NCBI GenBank assembly: GCA_900234795.1
Contig: LT962688.1
Span: 1-32,000 of the forward strand
Direction of reading: 5' to 3'
Length of the DNA: 32,000 nucleotides
From: Methylorubrum extorquens
GTDB taxonomy: Bacteria > Pseudomonadota > Alphaproteobacteria > Rhizobiales > Beijerinckiaceae
A program made the position numbers and the translations under genes. Shown piece by piece: positions 9,102 to 17,803 of this stretch (positions are counted from its first letter, which is position 1; the number at the start of each line of letters is the position of its first letter). The notes under the pieces were generated by a model that worked only from the letters and a program-made list of their open reading frames with translations, did not search any database and had not been told where the DNA came from.

Positions 9102-11344
9102 TCGACGTGTTCGAGGCCGTGCTGGCCGATCCGGCTTTGGCCGGCTGGGACGGGTTCGGCCTCGCGATCCAGGCCTATTCGAAGCGCTGCCTTCCCGTGA
9201 TCGATTACGTCGCAGAACTCGCCGAGCGGCATGACCGGCGGCTGATGGTGCGCCTCGTCAAGGGCGCCTACTGGGACACGGAAGTGAAGCTCGCCCAAAC
9301 GCAAGGGGCGGCCGACTACCCCGTCTTCACCCGCAAGGCGATGACGGACCTGAACTATCTGGCCGCCGCCCGGCGGTTGCTGGGGCTGCGTCCGCGCCTC
9401 TACCCGCAATTCGCCACCCACAACGCGCAGACCGTGGCGAGCGTGCTCGGTCTGGCCGGGCTGCTCGATCGTCCCGCGGACGAGGAGGCCGGCTTCGAGT
9501 TCCAGCGCCTGCACGGCATGGGCGAGGCGCTTTACCAGCGGCTCGCCGAACGGGCGCCGGGCGTCGGCCAGCGGGTCTACGCGCCCGTCGGCGGCCATCG
9601 CGAGCTGCTCGCCTATCTCGTCCGCCGGCTGCTGGAGAACGGGGCAAACTCCTCGTTCGTGGCCCGCGCCGCCGATCCCTCGGTGCCGGCGGCCGAACTG
9701 CTGGCCCGGCCTCAGTCCCTGGTGGAGGCGCCTTCGCAGGCCCGGCACCCCAAGATCCCGCTGCCCCGCGACCTGTTCGGACCTGAGCGCCGCAATTCTC
9801 CGGGGCTCGCCTTCGGCGACGGCGCGGCGCTGCGACGGTGGACCGATGCCGTCGCGCGGGCCGCCGGCCCCGCCGACGCCGCGCCGATCATCGACGGCAG
9901 CGTCCAGCTCGGCCGCGCCCGCCCGGTGAACAGCCCCATCGATGGCGCGGCCCTCGGAAGCGTCATCGAGGCGGACCCCGCTACGGCCGCGCTCGCCATG
10001 GAGGCGGCCGCGGGCGGCTTCCCCGCCTGGGCCGCGACGCCCGCCCGCGAGCGTGCTGCCTGCCTGGAACGGGCGGCCGACGCCTTCGTGCGCGAGCAAG
10101 GCCGGCTGCTGCACCTGCTGCAAGCCGAGGCCGGCAAGACCCTCGACGACGCGGTGGCCGAGTGGCGCGAGGCGATCGACTTCCTGCGCTACTACGCGGC
10201 GCAGGGGCGGGATCTGTTCGGCGAACCGCAGGACCTGCCTGGCCCGGCGGGCGAGGCCAACAGCCTGCGCCTTGTCGGCCGGGGCCTGTTCGTCGCCGTC
10301 TCACCCTGGAATTTCCCGCTCGCGATCTTCACGGGGCAGGTGGCTGCGGCGCTGATGGCCGGCAACGCCGTCGTCGCCAAGCCCGCGCCGCAGACGCCGC
10401 TGGTGGCGGACCTTGCCGTGCGCCTGCTCCACACGGCCGGCATTCCGGGCAGCGCCCTTCACCTCGTTCCCGGCGGACCGGAGACCGGCGCCACGCTGAT
10501 CGAACATCCGGCCCTGTCCGGCGTCGTCTTCACCGGCTCGACAGCGACGGCGCAGCGGATCAACCGGGCGCTCGCTGCCCGCGACGGCGCGATCCTGCCG
10601 CTGATCGCCGAGACCGGCGGCATCAACGCGATGATCGTCGACGCCACGGCGCTTCCCGAGCAGGTGGCCGACGACGTGGTGGTCTCGGCCTTCCGCTCCG
10701 CCGGCCAGCGCTGCTCGGCCCTGCGCCTGCTCCTTGTGCAGGAGGATGTCGCCGACCGGATGATTGCGGCAGTGGCCGGTGCGGCGCGGGAGCTGACGGT
10801 CGGCGACCCCCGCGAGCTGGCCACCGATCTCGGTCCGGTGATCGACGCGGGCGCCAAGCAACGGCTCGACGCGCATATCGCGGCCATGACCGCCTCGGCG
10901 CGGCTGCACTATGCGGGTGCGGCGCTGGGCGGCCTCACCGTGGCACCTCATATCTTTGAAATCGGCGGCGTCGCCGACCTGCGGGAGGAGGTGTTCGGGC
11001 CTATCCTCCATGTCGCCCGATACCCGGCGGACGGCCTCGGCTCGGTCCTCGCGGCGATCCGGGCCGGCGGCTACGGGCTCACCCTCGGCATCCATTCGCG
11101 GATCGAGGAGACCGCCGAGCGCATCGCCGAGGCCCTGCCGCACGGCAACGTCTACGTGAACCGCAACATGATCGGCGCCGTCGTCGGCAGCCAGCCCTTC
11201 GGCGGCTCCGGCCTGTCGGGCACCGGCCCGAAGGCCGGCGGTCCCCATTATCTCGCCCGCTTCGCCACGGAGCGGACGCTGACCGTCAACACCGCTGCGG
11301 CGGGCGGCAGCGTCGGCCTCATCACCCTGGAGGGGTGAGGCGGT

Positions 11345-11587
11345 TCAGTCCTCCACGACCCGGGCCACCGGCCGGTCGCTGCCCTGCGCGGTCTCGTCGT
11401 GCCACTGGCCGCGCCCGTCCTGATAGCGGATGCCTTCGGTCGAGCCCGGAACCTGCTGCTCGGCGGCGGCAGCCTGCGCCGCCTGCAACGCTTCCGCCCG
11501 GCTCGGGAAGGTCTCCGAGAACACGTCTCCGACCTTGTAGGCGAAGCCGCCGTCGTGCTCGACGATATGGTAGGTCACCTCGGTCAT
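11345..11587 (-). CDS. Small DUF2188-like protein (80 aa)
   Basis: MTEVTYHIVEHDGGFAYKVGDVFSETFPSRAEALQAAQAAA..IRYQDGRGQWHDE matches my recollection of the short alphaproteobacterial DUF2188 pattern (h.V.H.GGWaYK...S..F.....A...A......i.Y.D..G.WHeE). High GC3. Confidence 0.6.
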   Translation of the reverse strand: MTEVTYHIVEHDGGFAYKVGDVFSETFPSRAEALQAAQAAAAEQQVPGSTEGIRYQDGRGQWHDETAQGSDRPVARVVED

Positions 11588-11625
11588 CGCAAAATCCCGT
11601 TCGTTTCCAACGTGCTTCGTTTCAC

Positions 11626-11676
11626 GTGCCTAGAGCATCGTCCTGGAAAAATGATCCAGGACGATGCTCTAGGCAC
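11626..11676. repeat. Perfect 22-bp inverted repeat with 7-nt spacer
   Basis: GTGCCTAGAGCATCGTCCTGGA (11626-11647), AAAATGA, then TCCAGGACGATGCTCTAGGCAC (11655-11676), with no mismatch. It is followed on the + strand by CTGTTTTTG and lies in an AT-richer intergenic patch between two minus-strand small genes. Confidence 0.9.
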
Positions 11677-11777
11677 CTGTTTTTGCATCATCTTTTTCCG
11701 AAAGCCGGCAGCCACCTTTCGGGAAGATGCTCCAGTGCCCGAACCGGTCGGGATGCCGGAGGTTCCGTTCGACCGCC

Positions 11778-12005
11778 TCAATGCCGTGTCGGCGCCCGGC
11801 GCGGGAGGCGGGCCACCGCGGCCTCGCAGCCGGCGATCAGGGAGCCGCGCACGTCGTCCCGGTCGAAGCCGACGCCCTCGGGAAAGGCGACGACATGGGC
11901 CTCGGTCCAGCCTTCGGGCCGGATATGCGCGATCCAGCCCTCCGGCGTCCGCTCGAAGCGAACTTCGTATTCGGTGCCGTCCTGCTCGAAGCTGTGCGGT
12001 TCCAT
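11778..12005 (-). CDS. Small hypothetical protein (75 aa)
   Basis: ATG 12005 is preceded by GGAAAG. MEPHSFEQDGTEYEVRFERTPEGWIAHIRPEGWTEAHVVAFPEGVGFDRDDVRGSLIAGCEAAVARL.. has a balanced composition, unlike the overlapping R/P-rich frames. I recognise no family. Confidence 0.5.
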   Translation of the reverse strand: MEPHSFEQDGTEYEVRFERTPEGWIAHIRPEGWTEAHVVAFPEGVGFDRDDVRGSLIAGCEAAVARLPRRAPTRH

Positions 12006-12106
12006 GGTGCGATCTTTCCGGCCGCAATGATGACGCGACCGGCTGGCATGTGGGGAGGCGCCCCATGCCGGCGCGAGTCCCCGCCGACCGGAAAATCTCA
12101 CCGCCG

Positions 12107-12331
12107 ATGCGCCCGAGCACCGTCTTCGCCGCCGCGAGCCTTTGCCTCGCTGCCCTGCCATGCCGGGCCCAAGGCGTGCCGTCGAACCCCTTCGCCTCGA
12201 ACTACCCTTCGGCGCCGCCGCGCATGGTCGAGCGGGAGGGTCGCCTTCACGCACCGCGCGCCCGGCGTCCCCTGCCACCGGGGCGGGTCGGGCGCGGGCT
12301 GCTGCCGCCGGCCGACGTTCCGGGCCGGTAA
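12107..12331 (+). CDS. Putative small exported P/R-rich protein (74 aa)
   Basis: The ATG 12107 ORF has a signal-like N-terminus MRPSTVFAAASLCLAALPCRAQG. The mature part is low-complexity. Evidence is weak (composition and GC3 only). Confidence 0.3.
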   Translation: MRPSTVFAAASLCLAALPCRAQGVPSNPFASNYPSAPPRMVEREGRLHAPRARRPLPPGRVGRGLLPPADVPGR

Positions 12332-12347
12332 GCGAATGGCGCCCTGC

Positions 12348-12902
12348 TCAGGCCTGCCCCAGTTCCGCGACGATGGCGCTGACGATGCGCGGATCGCTCG
12401 GATCGACTTGGGTCGCGAAGGCCGCACGCAGGGTGCCGTCACGGCCGACGAGATACTTGTGGAAGTTCCATTGCGGGCTCTGCCCCGGCTTCTGCTCCGC
12501 CGCCCAGCGGTAGAACGGATGGGCGGCCGGCCCCCGCACATGGGTCTTGTCCGTGACCGGGAAGGTGACGCCGTGGTTCTTTCGCGCGGCATCGGCGATG
12601 GCGGCGCCGTCGAGCGGCTCCTGATTGCCGAAATCGGGCGAGGGCACCGCGATCACCGTCAGGCCCCGCCCGCCGAAGCGGGTCCAGAGGCCTTGAAGGC
12701 CGACGAATTGCGGAGCGTAGCCGCAGGCCGTGGCAGTGTTGACCACGAGGATGGGCTTGCCGGCATAGGCCGAAAGCGGAAGGCCGCCCCCCTCCGGCTT
12801 GTCGAAGGCGAAGGCACCCGCCGGCCCGGCTTCCGCCGCATGGGCGCGGCTCGCGGCGAGAACGGCGAGCATCGCAAGGCAGTCGCGGCGGCGTATCGTC
12901 AT
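12348..12902 (-). CDS. gpx: Glutathione peroxidase family protein with N-terminal export signal
   Basis: Gpx motifs: VVNTATACGYAPQF (Cys-type active site), GLTVIAVPSPDFGNQEP and WNFHKYLVGRDG. The N-terminus MTIRRRDCLAMLAVLAASRAHA looks like a Tat/Sec signal. GGAGGA SD precedes ATG 12902. Confidence 0.85.
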   Translation of the reverse strand: MTIRRRDCLAMLAVLAASRAHAAEAGPAGAFAFDKPEGGGLPLSAYAGKPILVVNTATACGYAPQFVGLQGLWTRFGGRGLTVIAVPSPDFGNQEPLDGAAIADAARKNHGVTFPVTDKTHVRGPAAHPFYRWAAEQKPGQSPQWNFHKYLVGRDGTLRAAFATQVDPSDPRIVSAIVAELGQA

Positions 12903-12994
12903 GGCGTTGTGTCCTCCGGCCCGGAGGCTGCCATACCCGGCCGGCCGTCGGGTACGGGCCGGATCGTCGCGGGCGCGGCGATCGGGAGGCGTTA

Positions 12995-13465
12995 TCAGCC
13001 GGCGCGGGCCGCCATCGCCTCACGAACCGAGGAGGCGACGGCTTCCTCCTCGCCCAGGGAGGATATCAGCAGCGCGTCCGCCGGTACGAGGTCGGCACAG
13101 TCGTTGACCGCCGAATCGCAGGCGACGACGATGCCGAGATTCGGTCTCAACGCGCGCGCCTCCGCGGCGAGTTCGCTGAGGCCGAGGGCGCCGTGCAGTT
13201 CGGCATCGGTCACGAGAACATCGACGGGCAGGCCGAGCACCAGCACGGTGAGGGCATCGACAGCCGAATCGACGGAGATGGCGCTGTAGCCGGCGCGGCG
13301 GATCTGCCCGTTGATCTCATCGCGCCATTGTTTGCGGCGCCCGGCGACCAGCACCTGGACACCGTAGCAACTGCGCGGCGCCGCGACGGCGCCGACCTGT
13401 AAGTCCGAGCGAACGGGATCGAGGTCGATGGTCACTTCCTCACGATCTTGGGTGCGCTGCATCAT
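12995..13465 (-). CDS. Stand-alone receiver-like (CheY-fold) protein with degenerate active site
   Basis: The pattern VQVLVAGRRKQ..AGYSAISVDSAVDAL..VDVLVTDAEL..GLSELAAEARALRPNLGIVVACD resembles a REC domain with a candidate phospho-Asp (VLVTD). The N-terminal acidic pair is replaced by GRRK and I see no conserved Lys-Pro. No SD precedes the ATG ATG at 13465/13462. Confidence 0.5.
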   Translation of the reverse strand: MMQRTQDREEVTIDLDPVRSDLQVGAVAAPRSCYGVQVLVAGRRKQWRDEINGQIRRAGYSAISVDSAVDALTVLVLGLPVDVLVTDAELHGALGLSELAAEARALRPNLGIVVACDSAVNDCADLVPADALLISSLGEEEAVASSVREAMAARAG

Positions 13466-13845
13466 TCTAGGTTAAGCAGGTTACACAAGGCATTCAAGCG
13501 GCAACGCCCGACGGTGCCGATGGTGCATTTTTCGAGACACACTTTCTGTCGAAGATTTCGCGACGGGACTCGGGAGGCCTTTGTCTTCTGCGCCGCAGAG
13601 TTGCATCGCCGAAGGACGGGCTATCCCGACCAATCCGGTCCGGGGTCTCACAGGAGCGGCAGCGCAGGGGAGGCGCCTTCTCACGGCCATGGGCCCCATC
13701 CCGCGTGTTGACGTGAGGCCCGGCGGGCGCAAGACAGCGACCCGCGACCCACGACTTTCATGCCCGTGTCGCCTGAGCATGCGAGGCCGCCCCTCCCGAC
13801 GCGGCCGAATGGGCGAGAGCGGGCACGAGACGGAGCCGACCACCG

Positions 13846-15090
13846 ATGTCTTCCACCGAGATCTCCCCCCTGGCACCCGCCACCTCGCCGTCGCTGCCGG
13901 AGATCGCGGGCGTGCGCATCGCCACGGCCCAGGCCGGCATCCGCTACAAGAACCGCACGGACGTGCTCTACGTCGCCCTGGCCGAGGGCACGCAAGTGGC
14001 GGGCGTCTTCACCCGCTCGCGCTGCCCCTCGGCACCGGTGGATTGGTGCCGCGACGCGCTGAAAGCAGGCAAGGGCGCGCGGGCGGTCGTGGTGAATTCA
14101 GGCAATGCCAACGCCTTCACCGGGCTCAAAGGTCGTGAGGCCGTGGCGCTGACTGCCGAGATCGCCGGCCGGGTTGCCGCTTGCGCCCCGGAGGCGGTGA
14201 TGATCGCCTCCACCGGCGTGATCGGCGAGCCGCTCGACGCGCGCAAGTTCGACGGCGTGCTGGCCGAGTGCGCCGGGCGCGCCGAGGGCGGGGCCGAAGC
14301 CTGGGCGCAGGCGGCGCAGGCGATCATGACGACCGATACCTTTCCGAAGCTCGCCACCCGCCGGGTCGAGATCGACGGGGTGCCGGTGACGATCAACGGC
14401 ATCGCCAAGGGCGCGGGCATGATCGCCCCCGACATGGCGACGATGCTCTCCTTCGCCTTCACCGACGCGGCGCTGCCGCAGGACGTGCTCCAAGACCTGC
14501 TGAGCGCGGGCACGAAGACCTCGTTCAACTGCGTGACGGTGGACGGCGACACCTCCACTTCCGACACGCTGCTGCTCTTCGCCACCGGTGCCGCCGGCAA
14601 CGTGGCGGTGACGCAGGCGGACGATCCACGGCTCGCCGGCTTCCGGGCCGCTCTGGACGATCTGCTGATCGAACTCGCGCAGCTCGTTGCGCGGGACGGG
14701 GAGGGCGCCAACAAGCTCGTGACCGTCGAGGTCGAGGGCGCCGAGAGCGATCCGTCCGCCCACCGCATCGCCATGTCGATCGCCAACTCGCCGCTGGTGA
14801 AGACCGCGGTCGCCGGCGAGGACGCCAATTGGGGCCGCGTGGTGATGGCGGTCGGCAAGGCCGGCGAGCCCGCCGACCGCGACCGCCTCGCGATCTGGTT
14901 CGGCGACGTGCGCGTCGCGGTGCAGGGCGCCCGCGACCCCGATTACAGCGAGGAGGCGGCCAGCGCCGTGATGCGGCGGCCCGAGATCACCGTGCGGGTC
15001 GATCTCGGCCTCGGCCAGGGACGGGCGCGCGTCTGGACCTGCGACCTCACCAAGGCCTACGTCGCCATCAACGGGGACTATCGCTCGTGA
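13846..15090 (+). CDS. argJ: Bifunctional ornithine acetyltransferase / N-acetylglutamate synthase
   Basis: Full-length ArgJ pattern: [47 protein letters not shown] (autoprocessing Thr), [29 protein letters not shown], and the INGDYRS C-terminus. Confidence 0.93.
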   Translation: MSSTEISPLAPATSPSLPEIAGVRIATAQAGIRYKNRTDVLYVALAEGTQVAGVFTRSRCPSAPVDWCRDALKAGKGARAVVVNSGNANAFTGLKGREAVALTAEIAGRVAACAPEAVMIASTGVIGEPLDARKFDGVLAECAGRAEGGAEAWAQAAQAIMTTDTFPKLATRRVEIDGVPVTINGIAKGAGMIAPDMATMLSFAFTDAALPQDVLQDLLSAGTKTSFNCVTVDGDTSTSDTLLLFATGAAGNVAVTQADDPRLAGFRAALDDLLIELAQLVARDGEGANKLVTVEVEGAESDPSAHRIAMSIANSPLVKTAVAGEDANWGRVVMAVGKAGEPADRDRLAIWFGDVRVAVQGARDPDYSEEAASAVMRRPEITVRVDLGLGQGRARVWTCDLTKAYVAINGDYRS

Positions 15091-15809
15091 GGTTCTTTTC
15101 CGCGCTGGCCGTTCCCGTCCTGCTCCTCACCGTGGCGGCGCCCGCCATGGCCGATGACGAAACCGGCCGCATCCGGGTGATCGGCCGGGCCTCCCAGGAG
15201 GTCGCGCCGGACTTCGCCTCCGTCGAGATCGGCGTCGAGACCGGCGGCGCCACGCCGGCCGCCGCCCTCGATGCCGCGAGCCAGGCGGCGAAGGGCATCG
15301 TTGCGAGCGCAAGGGAGATGGGCGTGGCGGAGGCCGATATCGGCACCTCCTCGATCACCCTCCAGCCGCGGACCAAGACCGTCCGCCAGCCCGACGGAAC
15401 GATGGGCGAGCGGGATGACGGATACACGGCGGGCAACCGCGTGCGGGTGCGCCTGGCCGAGATGGGCAAGCTTGGGGAATTGATGCGGCGCACCCTCGAA
15501 TCCGGTGCCAACCGGATCCAGGGGATCAGCTTCGGCCTGCGTGACCCGGCCGCGGCAGAGGCCGCCGTGCAGGTCGCCGCGGTCAAGGATGCGCGCGCCC
15601 AGGCCGAGCGCATCGCCGAGGCGACCGGCGTGAAACTCGGCACCGTCGTCTCGATCGAGTCGCCGCCGCGGGCCGAATCACCTCGGCCCATGCCCTACGG
15701 CATGGCGATGAAGGCGGCGGCCCCCCGCGGCCGCACCGCCGTGCCGGTCGTGGCGGGATCGATCGAAACCTCGGCCGAGGTCGATGCCGTGTTCGCGATC
15801 AGCCGATGA
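15087..15809 (+). CDS. SIMPL/DUF541 (BP26-like) periplasmic protein
   Basis: GTG 15087 overlaps the argJ stop (GTGA). Signal peptide [22 protein letters not shown], then [47 protein letters not shown].., typical of SIMPL. Only the 3' part of track ORF 14181..15809 is real. Confidence 0.75.
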   Translation: MRFFSALAVPVLLLTVAAPAMADDETGRIRVIGRASQEVAPDFASVEIGVETGGATPAAALDAASQAAKGIVASAREMGVAEADIGTSSITLQPRTKTVRQPDGTMGERDDGYTAGNRVRVRLAEMGKLGELMRRTLESGANRIQGISFGLRDPAAAEAAVQVAAVKDARAQAERIAEATGVKLGTVVSIESPPRAESPRPMPYGMAMKAAAPRGRTAVPVVAGSIETSAEVDAVFAISR

Positions 15810-16222
15810 GCACGCCGCTCAAGCTCCTGCTCGTCGTCGCGGCGGCCCTGGTCGATGCCGACGGGCGCGTGCTCATGGCCCAGCGCCCCGAGGGCAAGGC
15901 GCTGGCTGGCCTCTGGGAGTTTCCCGGCGGCAAGGTCGAGTCCGGCGAGCGGCCGGAGGAGACGCTGATCCGCGAGCTCGCCGAGGAACTCGGTATCACG
16001 GTGAAGGAGCCCTGCCTCGCGCCGCTGACCTTCGCGAGCCACGCCTACCCGGATTTCCACCTGCTAATGCCGCTCTACATCTGTCGGCGCTGGGAGGGGC
16101 TTCCGCAGTCGCGCGAGGCGCAGGCGCTCCGCTGGGTGCGGCCCGGCGGCTTGCGCGATCTGCCGATGCCGCCGGCCGATCTGCCGCTGATCCCCTTCCT
16201 GATCGATCTGCTCGGACCCTGA
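15806..16222 (+). CDS. mutT: 8-oxo-dGTP diphosphatase (Nudix)
   Basis: Nudix box GGKVESGERPEETLIRELAEELGI, WEFPGG, and a C-terminal P.AD.PL motif. The start ATGA overlaps the upstream stop. Confidence 0.85.
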   Translation: MSTPLKLLLVVAAALVDADGRVLMAQRPEGKALAGLWEFPGGKVESGERPEETLIRELAEELGITVKEPCLAPLTFASHAYPDFHLLMPLYICRRWEGLPQSREAQALRWVRPGGLRDLPMPPADLPLIPFLIDLLGP

Positions 16223-16253
16223 CCGGGCCCGAGGCCTGAGAGGGACGGGAGCG

Positions 16254-17795
16254 ATGGCGCGACGGGCAAAAGCGGCGGTCGAGAAGGCGGCGGAGGCGCC
16301 GACGCTGGCCGCCGCGACGCCGCGAAAATCCCGGAGCACCACGCCGACGGCGGAGAACCTCGCAGCGCTCAGCCAGGAGCGGCTGATCGCCCTGATCCTC
16401 CAGGAGGTCGGCCAGAGTGCGCCCTTCAAGAAGCGGGTGAGTGCCGCGATCGCCGCGCTCCAGGGGCCGGACCGGGTGGCGGCCCTGATCGACCGCCGCC
16501 TCTCGGCGCTGGAAAAGGCCCGTGGCTATATCGACTGGCAGAAGCGCCGCGCCTTCGTCGCCGACCTCGATGCCACGCTCGCGACCATCATCGCCGACCT
16601 GAAGCCGCTCGATGCCGACATGGCCCTCGACCGGCTGCTCCGCTTCCTCCGCGGCGCGAGCGCCACGCTGGAGCGCGTCGATGATTCCAGCGGGCAGGTG
16701 CACGGCCTCTACGAGGCGGCCGCGGAAGCCGCCGCGGGCCTCGCGGCGGGGCTTTCGGCGGATGCCGCGCTGAGCTTCGCGACCCGCGCCCTCGACGGTC
16801 TCGACGACGACGGCTTCGGCCTCGTCGGCGCGCTGTTGGTCGATCTCCTGCCGAAACTGCCGAAGGCGGCGCTCGAACCGCTCGACGCACATCTCGTGGA
16901 AGCCCTCGCCAAGCTTCCGGCCTCGGCCGGGAAGAAGACCGGCCCGGCCGCATCCGAGAGGGCCGGGCAGGAATGGGAGCGGCGCTATCAGCGCCTGAGT
17001 CTCACCCGCCTGCGTCAGGTCATCGCCGACGCCCGCGGCGATGCCGACGCGTTCATCGCCCTCGAATTGGAGATGTCGCCCGAGCGGCCCGACCTCGCGG
17101 CGGTGGCCGAGCGGCTGCTGGCGGCGGGCCGCGCCAAGGAAGCGCTCGATTGGATCCGCCGCCAGCAGAAGCGCGGCATGGCCGTGGTGACGCGCGAGGA
17201 TCTGATCGTCGGCGGATTCGATCCCGAAGGTCCGGAACGTGAGCGCGAGGCGGTCGAAATCCGCATCCTCGACGCGCTCGGCCATAAGGACGAGGCGCAG
17301 GCGCTCCGCTGGTCGCGGTTCGAGAAGAGCCTCGATCCGCAGGCCCTGCGCGATTACCTCGCCCGCCTGCCGGATTTCGAGGACGAGGAGGCGCTGGAGC
17401 GCGCCTTTGCCCAGGCCACAAGCCGGAAGGACCCGCATGGCGGCCTCTACTTCCTGATCCGCTGGCCGAATGTCGACCGCGCCGCCCGCCTCGTGCTCGA
17501 CCGGCGCGAGGCGTGGTCGGGCCGCATCTGGGAGCTTCTCGCCCCGGCGGCCGAGGCGCTGGAGCCGGACCATCCGCTTGCGGCAAGCGTGCTCTACCGC
17601 GCGCTCATCGATGACATCCTCGAACGCGGCCGCTCGCCCGCCTATGGCCACGGCGCTCGCTACCTGACGCGGCTCGGCGAACTCGCACGGGAGCTGGCGC
17701 CGGGCGACCTGACGCCGAGCCACGCCGAATACGTGGCGCAGCTTCGCAAGGCGCACGGGCGCAAGTCCGGGTTCTGGTCGCAGGTGGAAGGGTGA
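16254..17795 (+). CDS. Conserved-looking all-alpha hypothetical protein (513 aa)
   Basis: ATG 16254 follows GGGACGGGAG. High GC3, balanced A/L/E/R/D composition and predicted helical repeats. The C-terminus ..HAEYVAQLRKAHGRKSGFWSQVEG. I cannot confidently name a family. The antisense 781-aa ORF is R/P/G-rich junk. Confidence 0.7.
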   Translation: MARRAKAAVEKAAEAPTLAAATPRKSRSTTPTAENLAALSQERLIALILQEVGQSAPFKKRVSAAIAALQGPDRVAALIDRRLSALEKARGYIDWQKRRAFVADLDATLATIIADLKPLDADMALDRLLRFLRGASATLERVDDSSGQVHGLYEAAAEAAAGLAAGLSADAALSFATRALDGLDDDGFGLVGALLVDLLPKLPKAALEPLDAHLVEALAKLPASAGKKTGPAASERAGQEWERRYQRLSLTRLRQVIADARGDADAFIALELEMSPERPDLAAVAERLLAAGRAKEALDWIRRQQKRGMAVVTREDLIVGGFDPEGPEREREAVEIRILDALGHKDEAQALRWSRFEKSLDPQALRDYLARLPDFEDEEALERAFAQATSRKDPHGGLYFLIRWPNVDRAARLVLDRREAWSGRIWELLAPAAEALEPDHPLAASVLYRALIDDILERGRSPAYGHGARYLTRLGELARELAPGDLTPSHAEYVAQLRKAHGRKSGFWSQVEG

Positions 17796-17803
17796 GGCGA
17801 GAC

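Larger units (their letters stand above)
8228..11338 (+). pseudogene. putA: Bifunctional proline dehydrogenase / P5C dehydrogenase PutA, two mutually compensating frame breaks
   Basis: N-terminus in frame 2 (MTDGPMSAPRFQAAYAPDDAAL..). Frame 1 from about 8320 carries EGLALMSLAEALLRVPD, MLGEGART, VKLSALHPRY and LDAEEAERLELS. Frame 2 resumes from about 9100 with VKGAYWD, FATHNA, SPWNFPLAI, FTGSTATA, ETGGINAMIVD, GQRCSA and NRNMIGAVVGSQPFGG. The breaks are at C6 8318-8323 and C4 9098-9101. Total length of 3111 nt is divisible by 3. The protein has no RHH DNA-binding domain. Confidence 0.88.

Noticed and set aside
8269-11248. Long minus-strand and off-frame ORFs across putA (8269..9048 -, 9059..10123 -, 9838..10959 +, 10301..11248 -)
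   Set aside because: The composition does not look coding, and the PutA frames explain the region.
11584-12331. Track ORFs 11584..12120 (-) and 11399..12331 (+) reading through the palindromic element
   Set aside because: They translate the inverted repeat and hairpins (..LEHRPGKMIQDDALGT.. / ..FRKKMMQKQVPRASSWIIFPGRCSR..), which is characteristic of repeat elements read as spurious peptides. Only the sub-ORFs 11778..12005 (-) and possibly 12107..12331 (+) were kept.
13466-13845. SRP RNA, tRNA or riboswitch in the argJ upstream region
   Set aside because: The segment GGTCCGG..GGAGCGGCAGC only superficially resembles SRP domain IV. There is no GGTTCGAATCC-type T-loop anywhere in an intergenic region. 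The single GGTTCGAGCC at about 29127 is inside the S9 peptidase CDS.
14181-15086. 5' two-thirds of the 542-aa track ORF 14181..15809
   Set aside because: It is an off-frame overlap with argJ and is R/G-rich. Only the part from GTG 15087 (the SIMPL protein with its signal peptide) is credible.
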